In this document: positions 40,721 to 53,993 of the stretch, one piece after another
Layout: the number at the start of each line of letters is the position of its first letter
Position numbering within the stretch: the stretch's first letter is position 1
Assembly (NCBI RefSeq): GCF_009914755.1
Contig: NC_060937.1
Source of the DNA: the human T2T-CHM13v2.0 reference genome, Homo sapiens
Reading direction: 5' to 3' (one strand)
DNA length: 64,000 nt
Notes under the pieces: generated by a model
Databases searched by the model: none
What the model was told of the DNA's origin: nothing
Seen by the model: only the letters and a program-made list of their open reading frames with translations
Translations under genes and position numbers: made by a program

Positions 40721-42159
40721 TAGGTTGAGAAAAGTTTTGATGTGCTCTTTGAGAGAACATGTCAATTTTAATATCTTTTCAATCTTAGAATATATTTAGA
40801 TTTACAAAAAGTTACAAAATTTTGCTGATAGTACCTATAATTCCTCACCCAGTTTCTCCTATTTTTAATACATTACTCACAAAATATTTGTCACAGCTAA
40901 GAAACAATGATACATTGTTATTAACTAAATGCCATACTCTATTTGGATTTTAATAGTCTTTCCACTTATGTTCTTTTTCTGGTCCTGAGTCTAGTCACCT
41001 GTACCTCATTGCATTAACAGACATGTCTCCTTAACATCCCCTGGTCTCTGACAGTTTCTAGTCTTTCCTTGTTTTTCATACCTTGACAGCCTTAAGGAGT
41101 ATTGGGTGTTTTATAGAGTGACTCTCAGTTTGGGTTTATCTGATATTTTTCTTATGGTTAGAAGGCGGTTATATGTCTTTTGGAAAATAATATCTTACAT
41201 ATTTCATCAAGTCAGGGTACATGATCACCTGGCCAGATAGTATTTGCCAAATTCCCAAGAGATTACTTTGAAATTCAGATTTTTTTTTTTAGTCATGAAA
41301 CTATTTAACTGTACATGCCACATTAATTTGGAAACAAACCCACAAAATATTCAGGTTAGACAATGTAGCCTATTCCTTCCTTTACAGTGATGTACATGTG
41401 TATCACCACTAGAGGGAAGCACTTGAACAACTAAAGTGTACAGTCTGGGTTATTCTTAAACGCAATTAAATTGATGATAGACAAACACCAAAATTTATAA
41501 AACCATGAACTGAAAGAATATTAAGAGACCAAACAGATACTTTAAGTGTTTCTTAAAACCATATGCCATGCCTAATGAAAGTTTACGACATGGCAGCTTC
41601 TACTTTTTCCTATTTGTTGGAACCCATGGTTCCAGTTCAGTTCCAAATCAGTTGTGTACCTGAGGACTTTGACACACTTACAATCTCCAGACCTTGGGGG
41701 CAAAGAGAAGGGATGATGGCAGATAGCAGCTGTAGAGAGGGAGGTTAGAGGGCAAGGTCTACCCTAAATTGGTTCAGTCTTTATAAGAATTTCTTTCCAT
41801 TTTTGACTTTAAACAGCTCCTCCTCAAATTAGCCTGGATTTCCCAGGAAACGGTTACTGGGATTTTTCCTCCGTCTGACATAATTTTTTCTGGTTCTTCA
41901 ATGTCTTGACTTCCTAATCCTTTTCTAGATTATGAACACTTTTTTATCTTCAGCCCAAAATATGCACATCCTTGACTGATGTACAATGAGATACACCTGC
42001 CCTTTAACTATTGTTTTTATTGATGTATCCTGACACCTACACATAGCACATACTTGTCTCCTTCTGTTTATGTTTTTAGGCTATTTATGTGTCAGTCACT
42101 GCTCTAACACAATTTCATCTATTATCTAATTTAATTTTTAAAAATTAATTTCTTAAAAC

Positions 42160-43290
42160 TAGTCAACTTTAGTTTTTTAGAGAAGTTTGTGGTTTATAGA
42201 AAAATTGAGCAGAAAGCACAGGGTTTCCACATACTCCCTGTTTCCTAACCCCACCGTTTCCCCATTGATGAAATCTTGCATTAGTTTGGTACATTTGCTA
42301 CAATTAATGAACATTTTTATGTTTATTGAAAAACGTTGATGTGTTAACTCAAGTCCATAGTTTGCATTAAGAATCACTTTGTGTTGTACAGTTCTGTGAG
42401 ATTTGACAAGTGCATAAAGTTCTGCATCCACCATTACAGTAATACAGAATATTATCGCTGCCCTAGATAGCCCCTGAGCTCTACCTCATCATCCTCTCTC
42501 CTCGCATTCAAACCCATGGCAATCGTTGATATGTTACCACCTCCATCATTTTGCTTTTTTCAGGATGTCATACAGTCGCAATAATTGTATGTAGCCTTTT
42601 CAGATTGTCTTCTTTCACTTAGCAATCTTCACTTAATGTTCCTCCATGTCTTTTCATGGTTCGATATCTCATTTCTTTTTATTGCCAAGTAGTATTCCAT
42701 TGTGTGCATAATCCACAATTTGTTTATCCATTCACCTGTTGAAGGACATCTTGGTTGCTTCTAATTTTCAGCAATTATGAATAAAGCTGCTGTAAAAGTA
42801 GGATTTTGTGTGGATGTAAGTTTTTGACTTATTTGGACAAATAACCTCATACTGTGTAGCACGACTGCTGGATCAGATGGCCAGACTACAGTTAGCTTTG
42901 CAAGAAACTGCCAACTTGCCTTCCAAAGTAGCTGTTATCATTTTGCATTCCCACAAGCAAGGAATGAGAGTTTCCATTGCTCCACATGTTCACCGGCCTT
43001 TAATATTGTTGTTTCAGATTTAAGACATTCTAACAGGTGAAGAGAAGTGTTTTATTGTTGTTTTAATTTGCAATTCTCTAGTGACATATGATGTTAGCAT
43101 CTTTCATATGCTTTTCTGCCATCTGTATATCTTCTTTGGTGAGATACCAGTTTAGATCTTTTACCCACTTTTTCATTGAGTTGTTTTCTTAGTGTTAAGT
43201 TTTAAGAATTCTTTGTATATTTTGGAGGCAAGTTCTTTGTCAGATATGAGTTTTGCAGACTTTTTTCCTCATCCATGACTTTTTATTATT
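42160..43290 (-). mobile_element. L1MC/MD 3' end, antisense (a further L1M 3' fragment lies at ~40765-41260)
   Basis: gaaaaattgagcagaaagcacag...ccattcacctgttgaaggacatcttggttgc. Confidence 0.8.
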
Positions 43291-44798
43291 TAAATCTAAT
43301 TTGATTTTTGTAACAACTCATGGGGCAGATGCTATTATTAACTGTATTTTACAGATGAGGAAATAGTGCCATAGAGAAGTTATATATCTTGCCCAAAGTC
43401 TCAAAAACTAGTGTGAAGTGTATCTAGAATGCAGAGCCAGGCAATCTGAGTGCAGTTTGTTAAGCTTTCTGCTTCATCACCCTTGTCCTAAGCACTCATT
43501 ACATTTGCATCACAGGCCGCTCATACTCAGCTGAGACCAGTTATGATCATGAGCCCCTGATATTGGTCTGTTTTCCATTTGTGTTACTCTGGACACTAAT
43601 GCTTACTTAGAAATGCAAGAAAAAAGAAGAGCTATGGGCTAGCAATAGTAAATGTTTAAGAACAGATTTTAAATACTGTAAAATCAGATATAGCCTTTAA
43701 AATGTTTGATTGAGACCAACAGGAGGTGATTTTTTACTGTCAGTGACTAATGAGATGGTTTTTTAAAGAATCACATTTTAAAATCTGCTGTAACTTTCAC
43801 ATAGAAAAGAATTTTAGCCTTTTCTTTTGTGGAAGGGAAAATGAAACTTCAGGAGTGAGATCTAGTGTGCAACTATCCTCATTTTAATCACTTTGGCCTA
43901 GATATGTTCCACGGAAAGAGAAATAGTGTTCCGTAGTTTGCTTAATCAAAGGACACCCACAGAAGAAAAGGTGTATGGGTGACATCGTGGGTGCCTCACC
44001 AACGGAGCCAATCTTTCTCAAAATGTGCTGAGATCACCAACACCTTCTAATATCAAACTATCAAACTGAATGACTTCTTTCAGGCCTTCCCTAGCTTAAA
44101 TTCGGAAACTTTTCATGATGTTCAGAATCTTCTTACTATTCTTAGGTATACATTAATTTCCAATGCATCTAAGTCTAATATAGTGATAACCATTTAACTA
44201 TTGATCTGTCTGCCTCTCATCAACTCATCTTTCCATCTGTCCGCCCACCAATCCATCCATCTGTATGCCATCTGGAGCCTCCCTGCCTTTCAGAAATTGC
44301 GTACCTTTTCCGGAATCTAATTCCATGGTCCCTAACATCCCAGCGCTCTACCTCATCATGCTTCCTTTTGCTTCTATTTTTCCTTGTTGTAACACTCTTT
44401 CCTTCTCCTATTGTAGCCTGGATGCAGGGCTTAATCTCACTCATCAAGTTATATTTCAAATCCACCATTCTTAAGCATTTTGTGATTTCTTTCTTTTTTT
44501 TTTTTTGAAAATTCAGAGGATCATGAGGGTTCATGACATTCCCAGATGACAATCACCTCTACGGACTTGTGGCCCACATCTCCCTGGCTTCTTTCCTCAC
44601 TTTACCTCTCTTCTTTTCCCATTGCCTCCATAGTCTCCAGGGTATCAAGGCAATCACTGGTCTTTTGCTTTGCAGGATATGCTTTTCACCGTATCCTGCC
44701 CTCTCTGAGTCTCACCAGCCAACATTTACTTACATTTTTTTTCCCACCAAAATATTTTTGTGTTTCTAGCAGTGGTTCTGGGAGGAAAATATTCATAC

Positions 44799-44800
<2 letters not shown>

Positions 44801-44838
<38 letters not shown>
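44801..44838 (+). repeat. (AC)19 microsatellite
   Basis: Direct reading of the sequence. Confidence 0.95.
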
Positions 44839-44840
<2 letters not shown>

Positions 44841-46144
44841 CAGTAAGCAAATATCATTGTTGACACTTTCATATCACCATGAATTTGATATATTAGACAG
44901 TTTATCACTTATGGCTACCCTATTTTGCCTTGAAGTGGCACATTTACATCCTGAGAGCTATTATTTCTCTTACAGGAAGAAAAACAGCAAATATGTAAAT
45001 TGACATCTAAATAAGCTTTGCTTTCCTTAAATAGTTTCCTGGTCTTGCCCAGGAGTCTGTGCTGAAGCTCTGGGTGCAAAGCTCACTAAGTGGCCTTGGG
45101 CTGCTCTTCCCTTATTCTTTTCCCCCTGAGCTTTCTTATCCATAAATCTGAATGAAATTCCTATCTTTGTTCCTTACAGAACTGCATAGAGATCCAAAAA
45201 CAATGTCTGCATAGTGTTTTAAAACTGTCAAATGCTAAGCAAACATAAATTCTTGTATTTGTTCTCAAAAATTAATTAAATAAATGAAATAATGATTATA
45301 TAACATATTCAAATGAAGAAAACATCTCCCAATTCTAAAAGTGCTTTTAAATTTCTCATTTTCACGTATTATACAATATGAAACACTTCTAGGCACTCAG
45401 AGATTGTGAATCGTTTTTGTTCTGCTGTGGCTGTGAGTTGTTTAAAACAGGAAGTAGTTTCCACATAGGGCTATAGCAAGGGGGTGGAGGGTGAGAAGCA
45501 AAGACTTATTTACCTAAGAAGACAAAGCAAGGACACTGCAGTGGCAGCCTCTGCGTGTCACCCTTTGGTGAGCCTCCTGACTGGATCTCGGCGGTGGGCC
45601 CTCACCACTCTGCCAAGTTTCATAGTGTGCTCTGAAGCTTAACGCTTAGTACCAGTTAATCTAATTCCTTAGCCACTCATCAAATTAATTTTAGAATAGC
45701 CGGGTTCAGTAAAGCTTTTGAGTTGGGGATACAAAGATGGTGAGGACAAGGTCCCCACTTCCAGGCAATTTGAACTGAGTCCCTCACTTCAAGTCCGTCA
45801 CCTCTCTTCTCACCTCTTTGGAAATGCAGAGCATACCCTGCTGTCTTTATCCTCCTATTATTATTCACACCAATTAGGAGAAATTTGAGGCCAGAAACTG
45901 ATGATCCTTTAACTGCAGAAATATTCATTAATTGGCAGCTTGCTGGCGAATTGGCTTTGTGAGCTCCATTATAGGGAATTTCCCATGTTTTACATCAATG
46001 ATAGCATTCATAATAATTCAAATAGGAAGAAAAAATGCTTGCCTTAATGCCACTCCTTGTTTTCTTGATTGCCCTCATTGTCGTGAGTTGCTTGTAAAAT
46101 CAGCTAATAAGATTGTGTTATGTTTATACTGTGTTGTATGGTAT

Positions 46145-46835
<691 letters not shown>

Positions 46836-47080
46836 TATCCATCCGTGTGGGTTTCTGCTGCATACACTCCGGGGTTCTGCTTCTGCTTACAACCTCCAGG
46901 GATTTATTTCCTGGCTCCCAATGTCAACCTTGAATATCAGGAGTTTGCAGCCACCACTGTGGTTTTATTTAGTGATCTATTATGGATCTACTATCCATTA
47001 ATTCTTAAATTCTTTGAAGCTCTTTATACTGTCAGCTAGTGTTTCCTCTTGGGTAATAAGTTTGACATGTTGTTTTTTTC

Positions 47081-48734
47081 TAGAGGAAAATGGTGGCTAG
47101 GAGGCAGGACTAAATTGCAACTCCCACTTGGATGGAAAAAGCAGCATGTGGAGACTCACATCGCGAACTTTTGCTCCAAGAACTACCACAGGAAAATACC
47201 AAGAGAGCCAAGAGAATCCACAGACACTTTGAAGGAAGCAGATTGCTCCTGCAGGCTCCAGGAGGCAGCCCCCAAACTGTGAGTACCCAAAGTGTGAAAG
47301 TATACAAGGGGGCCCGTCCATCCCCAAACATGCACCCTCACTGGGGATCCTGACGGTCCAGATCACGGAAGAAGGATTTGGCCTTCCCTAAAGCTGAGAC
47401 AATTTAGAGAGCTGAGTGAAATACAAAGGTAGAAGAATCAGCAGAAAGCACCCTGTGGGCTCTCTCGGTACCCAGGGAAGCCATTTCTGACTTTTTCTCT
47501 CAGAGGTCTTTGGGGAGGGCTGCAAGAAGAACTGGGAAAAGACCACAGGGAGACGGAAACTTCCAGCTGAATTTTGTAACAATTTCAATGGAACGCAAAG
47601 TTTCCTGGACAGAACTCAGGGAAGGGGGTGAATCAGGAGTGCAGACAAAGCACAGAAGCTGCAGTAGGTGGGGAGGCACAAGATCTGAAAGCCCTGCTTG
47701 CTTTCACAGCCAGGAGGCTGGTAGCCTGAGGCAAGTTGTCAGCCCTGCTCACCCACTGTCTGGAAACAAACTCCCTGCTGTTGAGGGGAGCACAGTAGGA
47801 ATGAGACTGGCCCTTGAGTTGCATGGGGAGCTGGGTGAGGGGTGTAATTGCCAACTTTCCCCACTTCCCTGACAACCTGCATGACATAGAAGAGGCAGGC
47901 AGAATCCCCCTGGGAGCATAACTCCATTGGCCTGAGGAACCATGCCCCCATCCCCCAGAGCAGCCACAGCAAGCCCCGGTCAAGGAGAGTCTGAGCTCAG
48001 GCAGGCCTAACCCTGCTCCCACCTGTTGGTCTTTCTCTACCTGCCCTGGTAACCAAAGACAAAAGACTTATTCTCTTGGGAGCTCTAGGGCCCCACCCAC
48101 TGCCTGATCCACCCTATACTATCACAGCTGATGCTCTCTTGAAGGCAACACCTCCTGGCAAGAGGTCAACCAGCACAAAAATAGTGCAATAAACAAAACT
48201 ACAACTCACAGTGTCCATTTCATTCCCCTGCCACCTCCACCAGAGCAGGCACTGCTATTCCCAGCTGAGAGACATGAAGACAGTTCACATTACAGGACTC
48301 TGTGCAGACACCCCCTAGTACCAGCCTAGAGCCCGGTAGCTCCTCTGGGTGGTTAGATCAAAAAGAGGCATATCAATTACTACAGTTCAACACGCAGGAA
48401 GCCACATCCCTAGGAAAGGGGGAGAGCACTACATCAAGGGAGCACCGTGGCCTGGCGCAATTGCTCATGGCTGTAATCCCAGCACTTTGGGAGGCCGAGG
48501 TGGGCGGATCATGAGGTCAGGAGATCAAGATCATCCTGGCTAACACGGTGAAACCCCATCTCTACTAAAAAAAAAAATTACAAAAAATTAGCCGGGTGTG
48601 GTGGGGGGCACTGTAGTCCCAGCTACTCAGGAGGCTGAGGCAGGAGAATGGCATGAACCCAGGAGGCGGAGCTTGCAGTGAGCAAGATCGCGCCACTGCA
48701 CTCCAGCCTGGGGGATGGAGCAAGACTCTATCTC

Positions 48735-48767
<33 letters not shown>

Positions 48768-51700
48768 GGGAGCACCCTGTTGGACAAAGAAATCTGAACA
48801 GTAGCTATTGAGCTCCAGATCTTCCCTCTGACGTAGCCTACCCAAATGAGACGAAACCAGAAAAACAATTCTGGGAATATGATGAAACAAGTTCTTTACC
48901 ACCCCCAAAAGATCACACTAGCTCATCAGCATTGAATCCAAACCAAGAAGAAATCGCTGAATTGTCAGAAAAAGAATTCAGAAGATCGAGTATTAAGCTA
49001 ATCAAAAAGGCACCAGAGAAAGGTGAAGTCCAACTTAATGAAATCAAAGAAAGGATACAAGATGTGAAGGGAAAAATCTTCAGTGAAATTGAGAGCATAA
49101 ATAAAAGGAATCACAACTTCTGGAAATAAAGGGCATGCTTAGAGAAATGCAAAATGCACTGGAAGCACTCAGCAATAGAATCAAACAAACAGAATAAAGA
49201 ACTGCAGAGCTCGAAGACCAGGTTTTTAAATTAACCCAATCCAACAAAGACAAAATAAAAAAGAACTTTAAAACATGAACGAAGCCTCTAAGAAATTTGA
49301 GATTATGTAAAACAACCAGACCTAAGAATAATTGGTGTTCCTGAGGAAGAAGAGAAATGTGAAAGTTCGAAAAACGTATTTTCCTTGAATAATCAAGGAA
49401 AACTTTGTCAGCTGGGATAGAGATCTAGACATCCAAATACAATAAGCTCAAAGAATACCTGGTAAATTTATTGCAAAAAGATCACTGCCTAGGTACATAG
49501 TCGTCAGCTTATCTAAAGTCAAGATGAAGGAAAGAATCTTAAGAGCTGTGAGACAAAAGCAACAGGTAACCTATAAAGGAAAATCTATCAGATTAACAGT
49601 GGATTTATCAGCAGTAACCTTACAGGTTAGAAGGGATTGGGGCCCTATCTTCAGCCTCCTCAAACAAAACAATTATCAGCCAAGAATTTTGTTTCCAGGA
49701 AAACTAAACTTCATAAATGAAGGAAAGATACAGTCTTTTTCAGACAAAAAAATGCTGAGAGAATTCACCACTACCAAGCCAACACAACAGGAACTACTAA
49801 AAGGAGTCCTAAATCTTGAAACAAATCCTCAAAATACATGAAAATAGAACCTCCTTAAAGCATTAATCTCACAGGACCTATAAAAAAAACACAATAAAAA
49901 ATAATAAAAAACTCCCAAGGTGTTCAGGCAACAAATAGCACGATGAATAGAACAGTACCTCACATCTCAATACCAACATTGAATGTAAATGGTCTAAAAT
50001 GCTCCATTTAAAAGATACAGAATAGCAGAATGGATAAGAACTCACCAACCAAGTATCCGCTGTCTTCAGTATCTGCTGTCACCTGACACATAAGGACTCA
50101 CATAAACTTAAGGTAAAGGGGTGAAAAATGATATTCCATGCAAATGGACACCAAAGCGAGCAGGAGTAGCCACTCTTGTAACACAAAAAAAAACAAACTT
50201 TAAAGCAACAGCATTTAAAAAAGACAAAGAGGGAGGATAATACAATGATAAAAGAACTAGTCCAACAGGAAAATATCACCATCCTAAATATATGCACCTA
50301 ACACTGGAGCTCCCAAATTTATAAAACAATTACTACTAGACCTAAGAAATGAGATAGACAACAACGCAATAATAGTGGGGGACTCCAATACTCCACTGAC
50401 AGAACTACACAGGCCATCAAGGCAGAAAGTCAACAAAGAAACAATGTATTTATACTATACCCAAGAACAAATGGACTTAACAGATATTTACAGAACATTC
50501 TACTCAACAACTGCAGAATATACATTCTGTTCATCAGCGCATGGAACATTCTCCAAGCTAGACCATATCATAGGCCACAAAACAAGTCTCAATACATTTA
50601 AGAAAATTAAAACTACATCAAGTACTCTCTCAGAACACAGTGGAATAAAATTGGAAATAACTCCCAAAGTAACCTTCAAAACCATGCAAATAAATGGAAA
50701 TTAACCTGCTCCTGAATGATCATTGGGTCAACAATGAAATCAAGATAAAGATTAAAAAATTCTTTGAACTAAATGGTAATAGTAACACAACCTAGTAAAA
50801 CCCCTGGGATACAGCAAATGCGGTGTTAAGAGTAAAGCTTATAGCCTTAAATGCCTACATCAAAAAAAGCACAAATAGACAATATAAGGTCACACCCCGA
50901 GGAACTAGAGAAATAAGAACAAACCAAACCCAAATCCAGCAGAAGAAAATAGATAACAAAGATTAGAGCAGAACTGAATGAAATTAAAACCAAACAAAAC
51001 AAAAAATACCAAAGATACATGAAACAAAAGGCTGGTTCTCTTTATGAATGAAATTGATAGACCATTAGTGAGATTAACAAGTAAAGAAGAGAGGAAATCC
51101 AAATATGCTCAATTAGAAATGAAATGGGAGATATTGCAACCAATACCACAGAAATACAAAAGATTATTCAGGGGTATTATGAACAGCTGTGTGTGCATAA
51201 ACTAGGAAACCTAGAGGAGATGAATAAATTCCTGGACATATACTACCCTCCTAGATTAAACCAGGAAGAAATAGAAAGTCTGAACAGACCAACAGCAAGC
51301 AGCGAGATTGAAATGGTAATTTTAAAAATTGCCAACAAAAAAAGTCCAAGATCAGATAGATTCACAGCTGAATTCTATCAGACATTCAAAGATTAATTGG
51401 TGCCAATTCTATTGACACTATTCCCAAGATAGAAAAAGAGGAAATCCTCCCTAAATCATTCTATAAAGCCAGTATCACCCCAATACCAAAACCAGGAGAG
51501 GACATAATAAAAAAAGAAAACTACAGACCAGCATCCCTGATGAACATAGATGCAAAAATCCTTAACAAATTACTAGCTAACTGAATCCAACAGTATATCA
51601 AAAAGATAATCCACCATGATCAAATGGGTTTCATACGAGGGATGAAGGGATGGTTTAACATACAGAAATCAATAAATGTAATACACCACATAAACATAAT

Positions 51701-53993
51701 TAAAAACTCAAATCACATGATTATCTCAGTAGATGCAGACAAAGCATTTGACAAGATCCAGCATCACTTTATAATTAAAACCCTCAGTAAAATTGGCATA
51801 GAAGCGACATACCTTAATGTAATAAAAGCCATCTATGACAAACCCCAGCCAACATCATACTGAACGGGGAAAAGTTGAAATCATTCCCCCTGAGAACTGG
51901 AACAAGACGAGGATGCTCACTGTCACCACTTCTATTCAACACAGCACTGGAAGTCCTAGCCAGAAAAATCAGACAAGAGAAAGAGGAAGTCAAACTGTTG
52001 CTGTTTGCTGATGATGTGATTGTGTACCTGGAAAACCCTAAAGACTCATCCAAAAAGCTCCTAGAACTGATAAGTGAATTCAGCAAAGTTTCAATATAAC
52101 AAAATCAATGTACACCGATCAATAGCTCTACTATACATCGACAGTGACCAAGCTGAGAATCAAATCAAGAACTCAACTCCTTTTACAATGGCTGCAAAAA
52201 AAAGTAATAAAATAAAATAAAATACTTAGTAGTACAACTAACCAAGGAGGTGAAATGTCTCTACAAGGAAAACTATAAAACACTGCTGAAAGAAATTGTA
52301 GATGACACAAACAAATGAAAATACATCCCATGCTTATGGATGGATAGAATCAATATTGTGAAAAAGACCTTACTGCCAAAAGCAATCTACAAATTCAATG
52401 CAATTTCCATCAAAATACCACCACCATTCTTCACAGAACTAGAAAAAACAATCCTAAAATTCATATGGAACCAAAAAGGAGCCCACATAGCCAAAGCAAG
52501 ACTAAGCAAAAAGAACAAATCTGGAGGCATCACATTACCTGACTTCAAACTATACTGTAAGGCCATGGTCACCAAAACAGCATAGTACTAGTATAAAAAT
52601 AGGCACAGAGACCAATGGAACACAATAGAGAACCCAGAAATAGAGCCAAATACTTACAGCTAACTGATCTTTGACAAAGCAAACAAAAACATAAAGTGGG
52701 GAAAAGACACCCTATTCAACAAATGGTACTGGGATAATTGGCAAGCCACATGTAGAAGAATGAAACTGGATCCTCATAGCTCACCTTATGCAAAAATCAA
52801 CTCAAGATGGATGAAGGTCTTAAACCTAAGACCTGAAACCATAAAAATTTTAGAATATAACAACAGAAAAATCCTTATAGACATTGGCTTAGGCAAAGAC
52901 TTCATGACCAAGAATCCAAAAAGCAAATGCAACAAAAACAAAGATAAATAGCTGGGACTTAAGCTAAAAGGCTTCTGCACAACAAAAGAAACAATCAGCA
53001 GAGTAAACAGAAAACCTACAGAGGGGGAGAAAATCTTTGCAATCTATATATCTGAAAAAGGAATCATATCCAGAATCTACAATGAATTAAAAGGAATAAG
53101 CAAGAAAAAAACATAAGCAAGAAAAAAACAAACAATCCCATCAAAAAGTGGGCTAAGGACATGAACAGACAATTCTCAAAAGAAGATATAAAAATAGGCA
53201 ACAAACATTTGAAAAAATGTGCAACATAACTAATGATCAGGGAAATGCAAATCAAAACCACAATATGATGCCACTTTATTCCTACAAGAATAGCCATAAT
53301 CCAAAAGTAAAAATAAAAATAAATAGATGTTGGCATAGATGTGGAGAAAAGGGAACACTTTTACACCGTTGGTGGGACAACCACTATGGAAAACAATGTG
53401 GAGATTCCTTAAAGAACTAAAAGTAGAACTACCGTTTGATCCAGCCATCCCACCATGAGTATCCAGAGGAAAAGAAGTCATTATATGAGAAAAATACTGG
53501 CACAGGCATGTTTATAGCAGCACAATTCACAACTGCAAAAATATAGAACCAGCCCAAATGCACATCAATCAATGAGTGGATAAAGAAATTGTGGTATATA
53601 TATACCATGGAATACTACTTAGCCATGAAAATGAAATAATGACATTCATGGAAACCTGAATGGAATTGGAGACCATTATTCTAAGTGAAGTAACTCAGGC
53701 ATGGAAAACCAAATATTGTATGTTCTCACTCATGAGTGGGAGCTAAGCTATGAGGATGCAAAGGCATAGAATGATACAATGAACTTTGAGGACTTGAGGG
53801 AAAAGGTGGGAGGGAGAGTGAGGGATATAAAAGTACAAATTGGGTACAGTGTATACTGCTGGGGTGATGCATGCACCAAAATCTCAGAAATCAGCACTGA
53901 AGAACTTACTCATGTAAACAAACACCACCTGTTTCCCAAAAACCTATGGAAATAAAAAATAAAATAAAGTATGTTTTATTTAGAGAAAAAAAT
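47081..53993 (+). mobile_element. Full-length but inactivated L1PB (L1PB1-like)
   Basis: L1PB 5'UTR, ORF1 from ~48846, ORF2 from ~49943 with RT motif FADD (51875-52099 ORF), many stops and frameshifts, L1PB 3'UTR; flanking direct repeats 47059-47080 and 53994-54015 (20/22). Confidence 0.92.
48449..48762 (+). mobile_element. AluY/Sc inserted in the L1PB 5'UTR
   Basis: Alu consensus, long A tail, target-site duplication AAGGGAGCACC. Confidence 0.93.

Noticed and set aside
48932-52951. ORFs resembling L1 ORF1p and reverse transcriptase
   Set aside because: Fragments of a decayed L1PB broken by many stops and frameshifts; not a functional or domesticated gene
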